From Gekko japonicus (taxonomy: Eukaryota): a stretch of DNA of 64,000 nt. The stretch spans positions 1,144,549 through 1,208,548 of the forward strand of contig NW_015170898.1 in the NCBI RefSeq assembly GCF_001447785.1, in the 5' to 3' direction. Every line of letters begins with the position of its first letter. The stretch's first letter is position 1. The translations under genes were made by a program, and so were the position numbers. The notes below the pieces were generated by a model that saw only the letters and a list, made by a program, of their open reading frames with translations, did no database searches and was not told where the DNA came from. Shown in pieces: positions 11,421 through 23,420 of this stretch.

Positions 11421-14112
11421 TCTAATAGAAAAAACACCTGGGACAAAGAATTTTTTTTCTATTGGGGGTGGTCAACCAAACCAAACCAAACAACAAAAAA
11501 AATCATGCAAAAATACATTCTGAGACACAAACAACAGTATACCTGCCTGCCGGGCTGCGTGGAGAAATCTTTTGCTGTTAAAAAAAAATAGGCGGATGAA
11601 ATATTTGCTGGAGGGAAGGAAAAAGGCTGAAGACGTGCCTTTGAAAGGAGACAGAAATGGGGACGCCGCTGCCTTTTCCTTGTAGGTAGGTCCTCTTTGG
11701 AAGGTGGGTTTTCCGCGCCCAGGCCAGCCGGTTAGTCGCCACGGATGCCTGCTAGAAGGCATCCTCTTTGGCATTCGTTTTGACGAGGGAAAGATCCGCC
11801 ACCATCCGCCCTCGCTTCAGTTTCCTCCAAAAGCGACAAACCGGAGCTTCACATTGATTTTTCCATCATAAGCCTCTTTTAAATATGATTACTTTTTAAA
11901 AGCTTTTGGGCAGCTCGTGTTCGTTTGGCAGAGCGCAGCGCTAGATATAAACGGAGCTTCCTCGAAGGAAGCAAGAAGGTATGTATAGAATGCCAAAGAA
12001 TGCCGGAAAATGTGTATTCGAACATTACAATTCTGTTTCAGTTATTGGGGGGGGGGATATTACTGGAATGTGAAACCAGGATGATTCTTAGATTGAGGTA
12101 AAAGAGGGCAAATCATATTTCAAAAAGGGAAATCAATATGGCGACATTTTTCTTGAGACAAAAAAATAAAAAAAAATAAAACATCTACCAAAGTAGTATA
12201 GAACATCCTGGGTTCCCGGAATTCCAAAATCAAGTGATATTAAGAAATAAACTTCAGATCTTAAAAACATCAGATCTCTTTTCGATTTGTGGGAAACGAA
12301 CCAACCAATCTTATCCTCAATCCCTAAAAAAAATAATCTTTGTTGGAAGGTTTTCTTAACGCAGATCGGAGCCTGGGGGTCCTTCTGGGAAAAATTTTCT
12401 AGAGATACAGCCAAAGCTATTAACAAAGTAGCTATTTTCTTAAAAACAAATGGGGGAAAAACCACCCCCGAACCTCTGCCTCGAAGGAGAGAGGTTCTCT
12501 TATCTCCCCTCCCCCACCCAGTCTCGAAAGAAGGGTGGGTGGGGAAATGGGCTGCGAATTATATCAGCAAAATGTGCAAAATCAGTTGTTGTTTTTTTTT
12601 TTAAAAAAAATCTTCTCGGTTTCTGAAACAGTAGACGAAAGCAGCTCAGCTGACGGGGAACAACCACGGTCTCTCTTTAACCCCCGGGGAGGGTCCAGTT
12701 CGCCTTGCGCACAGGCCCGGTTTATTATTGCTGAACCCCTTCCTTCAATATGGAGATGACAGACTGTATTTTGCTTGTTAGCAAAGGTGTCCTGAATTCG
12801 TGCCATCCCAAATACGAGTCTATACACGGGTCTCCGTGCTTATCCTTTGTTCTGCCGCCTTTTATTTAATTTCGCCTTAAAAAAAAAAAAGATCTATCTT
12901 TGTAAACAGTTACTGAATTGTCCACTTTGACCCCCGGGAGGAAAAGCGTGGGTGTAGAAGGCGCCCGGCCTTTTTCAAAGGTCCTCAGCGCAGAGGCGAG
13001 AAGAAGCGGCTTCCAGGGACCGGCTGGCCTTTCCCAGCAGAAAGAGCCCAACATGGCGAAGGAAGCGAACAGCCTGCAAGCGGGACCGAGCTCAGGCTGA
13101 GGCCTCCAGAGGCGACTCCCGCGGCAAAGCCACAGCACCTGAGCTCCACTTACGGACTGTACCGTACCGTCTCTTGGACAAGGCCACGGGGCCCAAAAAA
13201 GGACAAGAAGGAAACGCTGCACTCCCTGTGGCTGTATCTATTTTTTTTTTTTAATAGAAATCTGTATGTCCTCAGCTGTGGTTACAGAGGGCGGACGCCT
13301 CTTGGATATTTCCAGTGGCCTGTTGTTTGCAACAGACGAATGCTTATTTAAGGCTTGGGAGGCCAACCAAAGCAACTGGGAAGAGCTGAAGGGCGGATAT
13401 GGGCGATTTATGTATTCAGAAACTGAACTGACAGGATCGGCTGATGCCTTATGTTCCCTCTCAGGCAACCTCCTCTTTTAAAGGCAAAGGATCGTATCTG
13501 AACTCTGTATTATTCAGAATAAAAACTTTATTTTTTTTCCAGAATGTGAGCAGCAAGGAATGTATAACTTTCAAAACAAATCTAGGTTTTTTTTTCTTGT
13601 TCATGTTTACACATTTTCCGTTTAGTTTGATGTTACAGACATCCTTTTCTTTGTTCCTATGGCAGCCGGTTGTTTGCTTTCGAGATTTTATTGCATTTTC
13701 TTTTTAAATAAAGGACTTCTCGTTTCCTTTTCAAACGATATAACCTATGTATGCTATCTAACATACAGTCTGGTAAATATCTCCTGAATATTCAGGGTAC
13801 AGGTTTTTTTTTAATATCTTTATATATATAAATATGAACAGATGGGGATAAATAAAAAAATTTAAACACTTAGATTATTCAAAGTTTGCAAAAAATATAA
13901 ATAAATCTGAATGTTCACCAGCATACACACGTTGAAAGACGTACACGTATTAATATTTTCACCCAGGGAGCCCCTGTTCAAGCGCCTTTGATTTCTCTCT
14001 CGCTATTTAAAAGAAGTGCAATTAAAATAAAAAATGCTTCCCCGGTTGGGATCAATTTTGTACGAACAAATTCACATTTAAGAACCATCTGGATAGAAAA
14101 AATTTGTTCATA

Positions 14113-14120
14113 TACCCTGT
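14113..14120 (-). promoter_or_regulatory. miR-10 8mer site in HOXA3 3' UTR
   Basis: Plus-strand taccctgt reads ACAGGGTA on the mRNA strand, about 270 nt after the stop codon. Confidence 0.7.
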
Positions 14121-14392
14121 TTTGATAAAAGAGTTGACTTGAAAGTACAAAGCCTCCGCATACTCTCAAAGCGAGGACACGAGGCAAGAGTTCAAGGAGA
14201 TAAATATTCACTATTGAAACTAGAGAGCAATTCAAGCAACAAATATTGCTACGTCACATAAACTAGAAAACGCTTTTTACCGAAAGAAAACAAAACAAAG
14301 TAAAATAGAGGGGGAGGGGCCTAAAGTGTTTTCTTTTCTTTTTTAAAAAAAAAGACGGTAGAGGGATTCACGTAGTAACTGATGATGATATA

Positions 14393-15156
14393 TTACAGAT
14401 GGGTAAGTTTGGGAGCTTCCTGAATTCTTCCCTGAGAAGGATGGTGAGAAGTAAGATCTGTGTAGGTTGGGTGTGGCTCGCAAGGTCCATGGTGATGATT
14501 GTTGCCCATTGGTCCACTGTAGTCCATATTGGTGGAGGAAGGGTGAGTGAGGTGAGTCAGACCAAAAATGGAAGGCCCAGAATTTGCCATGGTATCCACA
14601 TAATTGCCCCCAACATAGACGGGGCTTCCCTGTATATGTGGATTGCCATAACCATTGCCTTGAAGAGGATGAGGGTCATATTCAGGAGTCACTGCTGCAG
14701 TTCCGGTGTATCTCTTTTGAGCAGGTGGGCAGCTATTGAGAGGAGCCGGATATGACGTAGGGATGCCATAGGCATTCTGATGAGGCTTGCTGAAGGATGG
14801 AGGTGACTGGGGCTCGTAGGGAACACTGTTTACTAATGAATGCATAGAGTTCAGGTATCCTCCAGCGGCCGGTGGGACAGGACTTCTGCTGGGGGACTGT
14901 CCTCCAGAAGAGGTCATCATACCTTTCCCCTTCTGATCCTTTTTGTATTTCATCCTGCGGTTTTGAAACCATATTTTGATCTGTCTTTCAGTGAGATTTA
15001 GCAAATTAGCCATCTCTACCCTTCTTGGCCTGCAAAGGTATCTATTGAAGTGAAATTCCTTTTCCAGTTCTACCAGCTGGGCACTTGTATAAGCCGTGCG
15101 GGCTCTCTTAGAGGAAGCTTGCCCAGGGGGGCTTTTATCACCAGCACAACTCTCAC
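14393..15156 (-). CDS. HOXA3: Homeobox A3, last coding exon (homeodomain)
   Basis: Acceptor gcatag|GT. Homeodomain [58 protein letters not shown] and C-terminus [15 protein letters not shown] at 14395-14393. Confidence 0.98.
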
Positions 15157-16067
15157 CTATGCAAATCATAACAAAGAACAAAGTGAGTATGGTGGCACCT
15201 GGGCACCAACAAAGAATCAACATCTGTCATACTAGCATCAACATACAGCAGGGCCTAGTGGTAGAACTGGCTGTTTCATGAGTCAGATTGTCTGCTGTGT
15301 CCACCATATGCTCAGGTGATAGTAACACCTTTAAGAAATGTATACAGATTGTAGGTGTCATTCTAGGACCCAAGACACAGCCCTTGAAGACGGATGGATG
15401 GGAATGCAGCCCCATAGATACTTCTGTTCAAAAGACAAATGCAGTTGGGATATAAAGATATAGATTTTGGGGTTGCACACTGTCAGTCCCCCAAACACCA
15501 AATCAAGAGTCGTTTGCTACATTAATTGGCTTTCTTCCAAGTAATTGAGTGAAAGTCCTTTTGAAGTCCATAGGCTGAATTATTTTGTTGCTTAGGAAAT
15601 TTTAGGGAGAACAATACTTGACCCCTTTAAATCACATTTGAAGGTCTAATTGACCTTTGTGGGTTCCAGACACTGTACCTGAATTATTCAAAGCAACCCA
15701 GAAGACTTCAAAATGGTATCTTTCATTTCTCACGCTAAAATATGCTGCCAATCTGAACATAAGACCCAGTGGTAAAAGCCATCCTCCAATTATTTCTTTC
15801 CCCTGCAGCTTCCAACTGCCAGTTCCACAAACCAGTAACAAAGAACAGGTGGGTTAAAGATAACTGTGGCCCATGGGATGAAATGTACACACAGGGCCTG
15901 GTCTACCATGAGCCTTCTCAGGAGGCAAATTTTAGGATGTCATTAAAAAGTAGGATATCTTGGATCATTTAGTGTATTGTTTTTTCATCACCATGAGAAG
16001 GGGACACTGCTTAGATTCCATTCCCCACCCCAACTATTTTTGGCCTTGCCTTTGTGCACCCCTCATA

Positions 16068-16354
16068 GAAGAAGAAGAAGAAGAAGAGATTGGATTTATA
16101 CCCCGCCCTTCACTACCCAAAGGTGTCTCAGAGCGGCTTACAACTCCTTTCTTCCCCTCCCCACAACAGACACCCTGTGAGGTAGGTGGGGCTGAAAGAG
16201 CTCTGACAGAAACTGCTCTTTCTCAAGAACAGCTCTTATCAGAACTACGGCTTGCCCAAGGTCATCCAGCCAGGTGCAAATGGAGGAGTGGGGAATCAAA
16301 CCCAGTTCTCTCAGATTAGAGTCTGCGCACTTAACCACTACACCAAACTGGCTC
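16068..16354 (-). mobile_element. tRNA-derived SINE, Squam3(B)-like, in HOXA3 intron
   Basis: Minus-strand head with A box TGGTGTAGTGG and B box GGTTTGATTCC, a (CTT)n tail, and flanking direct repeat ctcatagaa at 16062-16070 and 16352-16360. Family name is from recall of squamate SINEs. Confidence 0.85.
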
Positions 16355-17598
16355 ATAGAAAGCTAAAAATGTCTAAAAGTTCCATTCAGTCCCAGATACC
16401 CTAAACTCCTTTGGAAGTAAATTCTACTGAAATCCATGGAGTTGCTTGCAGTTTTAATATCAAGCTGTATGTACAAGTTGAACAGAGTTCGATGGGACAA
16501 CTGTCTCTGATTGCACATCAGCCCCATAAGTCCCAGAAAATTGAATAGGATTTACTTCCTACTTTAGGATTGGGCTGCCGCCATTATTATTTAGACTGAA
16601 CTGGGTTATTAAAGGGGAAAGGCAAAGCTCAAAATACATAGTTTACAGCTCTGTATATATTAAATAATAAAACACGTCAGAGTTAATTTTCCAGTATAAC
16701 AGCATTAGAAATGCATTGAAGAAAACATTTGCAAAAAAATTAGAATCTATTTTCTCAGCAGAAGATAAATTGAGGAAGTAAGTGGTAAATAGAAGCCAAA
16801 TGCCTGGGGAGGCTGAGGCTAATACTTTCCCCATCGATTTGGGTTTACTTATGTAATAGCACTGTTGATAAACACCATAATCCTCCCATAATGTATTTAT
16901 GNNNNNNNNNNNNNNNNNNNNNNNNNNNNNNNNNNNNNNNNNNNNNNNNNNNNNNNNNNNNNNNNNNNNNNNCCAAAAACAAGAGGTTATGAATATCAAA
17001 CCGAGCATTGATCCTGACTGCAGATAATGATGAGCTGTATTACTCGTGTTACACTTCAGCTAGGATAGGTCACTGTCTTGTGACTGTAAGCGTAGTGTTC
17101 CTCCCCCCCCAAAAAGCACACAGATCCTGCCACTGGTTGAAGACAGGCCTAGACCTTTGTATCTTGACATATTTTAAAGCGAGGGGGAAGGGGAAGGGGA
17201 GGGGGCGGGCTTGGCTATGGAATGTTGAAGGCTCAGAGATGGCTGTTAGGGTCATCTCATAGTCTGCAAGCAGAAGAGCTGGGAAGCTCAGTAAACTTCA
17301 TATTGTGGAATAAGTCAGGTAACACAACCTCAAGTTTCTCTTCTCGTTCCTTTCTGGTGAGAGGGGCATGTTTTGGTCAGCTTTTTTAAAAAGCACATTT
17401 TAAACAAGAGAACCCTTGGGATCTCAAGAGGCTTTAGGTTTCAGTTTCCCTGTGAAATATTTAGGGGACGTTCCAAAACCTGTCTGGCCACAACTTTGCG
17501 TGAAGGATCCAAAGAACTGGGTGGTGCAGCTGTCTGTGTAAGTATTTTCCTTATTCGATAGCAATCGGCCTCTTCTCCCCCTCCCCTTCCTTCCCTAC

Positions 17599-18082
17599 CT
17601 GAACTGGAACCGCTGTTCTTCTGCTTTGTGTTTTGTCGAGACTCTTTCATCCAGGGGAATATTTGTTTGGACATGGTGGGTGAGTTCATGATGGAGCTCT
17701 TGGTGGCGTTGGCTGGGGTGGCATTGGTGCTGGCATTCTGAGGTGGTGACACAGAGGGGGGTGGCGGTGGCGGCGGGGCCTGTTGGCTGGGAGGCTGCTG
17801 CTGGGGTGGCTCTGGAAGGACCGGGGGCTGGAGGGATTGGCCGGTGATGGTCCTCATGCAACTCTCATTGATTTCATTGGCCTTGTGGTGGGACACGGCG
17901 CTACTGCCACCGCTGGGGGATTGCAACGAGCAGGCAGGTCGATGGTACTCTGTTTCCACCAGCGAGGAAGAAGGAGGCGGAGGATATTGCTGCTGACTAG
18001 CATTGTAAGCGAAACCATTTGCTCCTTGGTAGGGATAGCCGCCATAGATCGCAGAGCTGTCGTAGTAGGTCGCTTTTTGCAT
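17599..18082 (-). CDS. HOXA3: Homeobox A3, first coding exon
   Basis: [19 protein letters not shown] and [13 protein letters not shown]. Donor TCAG|gtaggg at 17599/17598. 484 nt, phase 1. Spliced CDS is 1248 nt (415 aa). Confidence 0.97.
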
Positions 18083-20536
18083 TTCGTTGTTTCCCAATAT
18101 TTATTTCACAAACTGACAGGGTCTTGACACCCTTAAAGAATAACATTGGCACCCCTCTGTCACGTGACGTTNNNNNNNNNNNNNNNNNNNNNNNNNNNNN
18201 NNNNNNNNNNNNNNNNNNNNNTGAAGAAATAGTACAAATCCATCTTACTTTCAATAGCTAAGTGACATGAAAGCCATAACAGAAAAAGTGGTCAGCAATA
18301 TTTAGCAGCATGACTTGGCCTGAGGCAAAGAGTGGTGCAATAGAAAAACTGCTTGGATTTACTGGCAGCCAGGACCGGGTGGTTTACTGCTCTAGGAGAG
18401 ACGGGTTTTCTAGGATTTCCGAACTCCCCCCCCCCTCGTACTGAAAATGTTTTATGGTTTCTCACAGAAAGGAACTCCTGGCTCATGTGAATCCAACACT
18501 TCCAGTTAAGGGAAATCCCCCCCCCCCATTATTACTATTGCATTAATCGGGAGCTCTTTCCTGCCACAAGCTTAGAAGTCATAATTTTGCTTCCCCTTCA
18601 AAAAAGTGATTGAAGCCTGGTTACCATTCTGAATACAATTTATTTCGGGGGGGAGGACAATAAATGCCTATCAATATTCACAATTCATGGGCAGCCCCAA
18701 ATTCTTGCCGTGGAGGGATTCCAACTCGTAAAATATTTGATAGGAAGCTGCATTGTAACACATAATGACACTCATGTAATGAAACTGCTGGTCGACTAGG
18801 GATATCCCCTTACTTCGCTGTTTAATAACCAGCCAACTTCCTGAGCATAAATTAAGCTTAAATGCTGCGACTGAACAGAGTGACACAAATCTGGCCTCCA
18901 GGATCACAGCAGCCTCCACAGGGAGCCAAGCCTGGGCATCTAAGGGTGATCTTCTAAAACGCCATTCTAGGTGGAAGTTTCTTTCTGTGGCTTCGGGCCT
19001 ATGCTTAGATTGCTTTCTGAGGGAAGTGAAATAAACTTATAGGGAGTCCTTCAAACCCATAAGCACTTTTAAAATGTTCTTCGAAATCTCCTTTCCCTCC
19101 CTCCCCCAATAAGATCCCCTGAATTCTACCTGTTCAGACATGATGGATTGGGGAGAAAACACACACACACACCAGGAACCTGAAAAACCAGCGTTCATCT
19201 CCATGACCACGGCTTGAACTTTCCTACCAACTCAACGATAATAGGTTCTGTCTTTGGAACTGCTATGTAATTTGATGTATGGGGGTCATTTGGCTGCAGA
19301 GAAGCGAATGGACACACACAAAACCGCAGAAGGCTCCTCCAGCCCAGGCGAATCTTTCCTGCTCACTCAACAATGTTTACCTGTCTGAGCACGGCCAGCT
19401 AGGGATGGGCTCCCATTCACAGAAATCTTATCTAGCATCTAAGAACTTTTTATAGGCTCACCAGCACCAGAAATTAAACCCATCTCTCCACACCTTCCTT
19501 GCCTATCCTTGTCTTCCCACTTACACTGTCCCTTCACCATTCAGATCAAAACACTTCTCTGCCAAGGCTCATTGCTGGAGGGGAAGTTGCACAAGATCAT
19601 ATTCTCTCTCTCTCTGTGTTTCAAATTAATTGTACGTGTTTGTGTTTCAATTAAGATCCGTTTCTTCGAAATCGAGGCACATTATAGGGACGAATTAATT
19701 TAATCACTCTTTTCCATCTGGCTGCTGCCATTTGATTTCTTAAAAACCCGGAAAACAACGACCAAGTCTTTCGGTGGTTACTAGGCAAACTGACTAGTCA
19801 AGATGTAAATATGTAAACAGTTAACGACGTCCCCAAATCACAGATGCTGCAAGGACTGAATTCGATTTCATCGGGTTGGAAAGTAAATCAACTTAAACAG
19901 AAGTACTTTACTTTTAACTGGGTGGTAGATCATATTGTTGTTCCTTCATATTTCTGGGCTTTGAGGGGGTTACATTTCGTGTGCCTGAGTCTGGCCTGTT
20001 GACTTTTCTGAAACACAGCTACATAAAACCGGTGACGACTCCTATAACCCCCTTTCCCCCCTTAGGCCGTTTGATACATTTCCCTGCCCTCCTTCGGTCT
20101 CACCATCTTGTCCAGGCCAATCATAACTGGAGGGGGGGGGATAATGCTAAAGAGTTTTATGGAGTAAGGTAGGGTTTTCCCCATTCTTAACAGCCAACAC
20201 GTTCCTCACAAGGTCCTAAGGCGTTTAGTAAACTAGGAAAGGAGACCAGCAAGCCAGCTTCCACTAAAGTCAGTGGCAAAACTCCCAGCATGACTGTGGA
20301 TTACCCTACATTAAATTACACCCCCCCCCAAGGTAAATGCTTCCTCCATATAACTCGCCTCTTGCAGATACAGCCCAGCTATTCTACAGCTACAGAGGGG
20401 GAAAGGGAGGGGGGTTATATCGGCAAAAACAGGCCCCAAACAAGTTCGGCTTGGAAGACGCAACCTCTGCTGGAACTCCCGATCTTTTATCACAGGACGA
20501 GGTTCCGTCTGATGCAACAACCCTGTCCCTCACAAG

Positions 20537-20622
20537 GCAGCCCGATCCTGTGCGTGTTTACTTTGAAGTAAGTCCCATGGAGCTTAAAGGGATTTACTTC
20601 CTGGCAAATGCTATAGGATTGC
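20537..20622. repeat. Short palindromic MITE-like repeat (clearest copy)
   Basis: Inner arms gaagtaagtccc / gggatttacttc are 11/12 inverted, with outer atcct / aggat. Similar copies occur elsewhere in the window. Confidence 0.7.
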
Positions 20623-21169
20623 TAAATTCCACGATGGTGGTGGTGGTCTCGGGGTGAGCAAGGTCTGCGTCGGCCCTTTTAAAGAAAGGTTCCGATCTGC
20701 TTTTTTAATAAGCACCTTGAAGGGGGGGGGCGGTTAAGGCAAGCAGCTCGTTCCTTCAGCCTCCCGGTCCCAAACAACCCCGCCCTTTCTCCCACTGGGT
20801 CCGGATCCATGTCCCAGGACAGGCCGAATGTTTGGACTTGTGCCGATTTCGTTCCCGGGAAAGGGGTTTGCTTGAAAGGGCCTAAAAGTTCCAGAGGCCG
20901 GCCCCTCGTCTCCCTTGGTCTGTGGACCGGACCTCAGGCTCACACCAAACCTCTTTCGCCCTTGTCGCCCCCCCCCCCACTCTAAAGAGGTGACCTTCGC
21001 GGACACCCCTCTCCCAGCCGCCCCCCCTCGCCTCCCCCTCCGCCAGCCCTCGCCTCTCACCGCAAGATTTCCTGCTAGAGAAAGGAAAGTGGCGGGGCCA
21101 GGGGCCACTGGCTTGAACTCGGAGTGTAAAGGGTCTATCCGTCACTGCCTGGAAGGAAGCTCCAGCCTG

Positions 21170-21186
21170 TGAACTCTTCTTGAACC
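21170..21186 (-). promoter_or_regulatory. DR5 retinoic acid response element upstream of HOXA3
   Basis: GGTTCA agaag AGTTCA, the paralogue-group-3 DR5 sequence. An adjacent TGATTTATGA Pbx/Hox site lies at ~21204-21213. Confidence 0.9.
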
Positions 21187-21271
21187 GAGATTTAAGTCTC
21201 TGGTCATAAATCACCAGGACATAAACTCCGCCATTCACCACTGATAGCAGCGTATTTTGTGGCCTGCTTAC

Positions 21272-21480
21272 CTTAACTTCTGACGACTGAGGGGGAAGCC
21301 AGCATTTGCTCTTTGGAGGCTCGGCGACAGTCGCTCGCTCCCGGCCGGCCCTGGGGGCAGGACTCTGCCCCCCTCGCCCCCGCCCCAGCCAAAGCCCCTA
21401 GGCTCCTCCGGGATGGGAACCAGCTCAACGCATCCCCACCGGCAGCCAAGACAGGACGAGCCCTGCCTTAATCCGGAGGA
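21272..21480 (-). other. Probable proximal non-coding first exon of HOXA3 (5' boundary uncertain)
   Basis: Consensus donor TTAAG|gtaagc at 21272/21271, at the edge of a CpG island about 3 kb upstream of the first coding exon. Confidence 0.5.
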
Positions 21481-23124
21481 GGAAGAGGAGGAGGAGGAAG
21501 AGGACACGCGAGGGGATCTTTCTCCAGCTCGTCTCGAACCGACAGGCCCCCTCCTTTCTCCCTTACCTCGCTCCAGCCCCTACCTCCACTCCCCCACCCC
21601 TCCGGCCAGCCGCGATCAGAGAGCCCCCCCCCCCGTCCCACTAAAGGATCCAGGTCCCTCCTAATGTAGCTCGTCCGAAAAGCAGAGAATGTCTCTTATG
21701 AAATCTTGCACGCCCAAGGGGGCGTCCGTTGGGGAAAGGCAGCTGCCTCGGGAAGTCCGGGGGAAGCAGTCCAGCCGGCGGGGTGGGGGTGGGGGGAGGG
21801 AATGGAGGGAGGGAGGGAGGGGAAAGAAAGAGGACGAGGACGAGGGGAGCGCTGGGGCGGCACCGGAGGAGGCCCAGAGACTTATGCTAATGGAGACAAA
21901 GGGTCCTCACAAAAGGGTCACTCTGCCCAGACCTCGTGGTTTTGGTTTTATTAATCTGACAATAGTTTTGGCTCTCGCGTGGTGAAGATGGGTTCTTCCG
22001 GTGAGGGGTGAGATGGGCTGAGGCGGGGCCCCTCAAGACTGGGATACCCCCTCTCCATGATCCAGAATGAACTCTTTGGTCTTTCTGGCACCCGGGGCCG
22101 GTTCAGGACCACCCTCTCCAAGGATCGAATAAGGACGTGTCGGACGAGGAGCTGGGGCACGAGAGGCACCCACGGCCAGATGCCCATGTAAGGGCGCATC
22201 AGCTCTCTGAACCTTCCCCCGGGCAGCCGACCCGCGCATGCACACACGCACACACACCACACACACGATCAGCGTACACGTACAGTGCCACGCTCTAAGG
22301 TCAAAGAGAGGCATTTGCTTTGGATTCCATTCCTAGAAACCAGTGCAGAAGGCATTCACCACTGTCAGACCCAGCAAGCCGAGCTGCCTGCCTTTTGTCT
22401 CCAGAGCGACCGGGACTGGGGTACGACCCTAATATGTAAAGTAAACCCAGTCAGGAAACTAAGGGGCTTTGCTTGTGAGCAAACTCTAAACACAACACAA
22501 TAAAGAATCCGATGGACCTTCCAAGCCATTCTGACCTGGGTGGATTGTGGCTTGGGTCGGCCAAGACCCCTAAACAGCTAGACAAACCCGCAGTCTTCTT
22601 TACACGGAGAGACAACACGTCAGTAGGCATTATGAAATATACTCACAAAGACTTATGGGATACTGTGTGTACATGCTGCTGGCCTGAACGTTTTGGTTTG
22701 ACGGACTTCGACGCTCCCTCCTTTTCCTTCTCCTCTTCTTCCCCATTTCTTTTCGTTCATCTCGCCCCCCCCCCCCCACACACACACAATTCAGTCCATC
22801 CTTCAACCCAAGTTCACGTTAAAAAACGCCGGCAAGCGGAATGCCTCTGGGTCCCAAGAAAGCCGGGCGCCGTTGGTGAGGCTCCAAAAGCCACACAAAA
22901 GAAGCCGCTTGGCGCGCAGGACGTTCAAAGGAACCTCCAAATAATGCCTAGGTGTGAATTTGACAGGACTTCGTTACCCGAAGGTGTTAAAACTACAAAG
23001 CGCCTCTGGCAACCGCAATGTCACCTTAAAGCCAAAACAAAGCCAAAGGAGGGCGGGAAGAGGGGGCTTTTTTTAAAAAAGGAACCCACAAGTACTCTAA
23101 GGCCAGGGTGGCCTCTTATGCATA

Positions 23125-23420
23125 CCAATGGTTTTTTGTCATTTATGGCTCGGCAAGATTTATGACTTCACGCAGCCAAGCTGTAAACAGAGCGCCACAA
23201 CAGAAACACTTGCTCCTCGCAGCACATTGCGGTGTCTCAACATGAAAGGAGAAGCGAAGCAGCGTAGGAGGGCGGGGCGGGGGAAGAAGGGGCCAAAATC
23301 CGCGGGTTGGCATTTTTGCTACAAACGACCCCTTGAAAATTGCGCGGGATGAAAACGCCCCTTTGGTCAATAATCAACCCCGCACTTTCTTTCTTCTGAG
23401 AACTGCTGATGTGACTTTCT
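23125..23420. promoter_or_regulatory. Hoxa3 rhombomere 5/6 enhancer (kreisler/MafB plus Hox/Pbx and Prep/Meis sites)
   Basis: TGACAA (23136-23141, minus), AGATTTATGA (23156-23165), TGATTATTGACC (23365-23376, minus) and Maf half-site aacTGCTGAtgtgac (23401-23415) preceded by ccgcactttct. This is the arrangement recalled for the mouse and chick element. Confidence 0.7.

Noticed and set aside
12946-12954. GCGTGGGTG Krox20/Egr site as part of the Hoxa2 r3/r5 enhancer
   Set aside because: Good motif, but about 1.5 kb from the other enhancer blocks and probably within the distal HOXA3 3' UTR. It cannot be assigned without alignment.
16280-16354. tRNA gene
   Set aside because: The A and B boxes belong to the SINE head. 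It continues into a SINE body and (CTT)n tail with a TSD.
22512-23165. 217-aa plus-strand ORF upstream of HOXA3
   Set aside because: No recognisable homology, runs through simple repeats, and overlaps a known enhancer. No evidence of coding.
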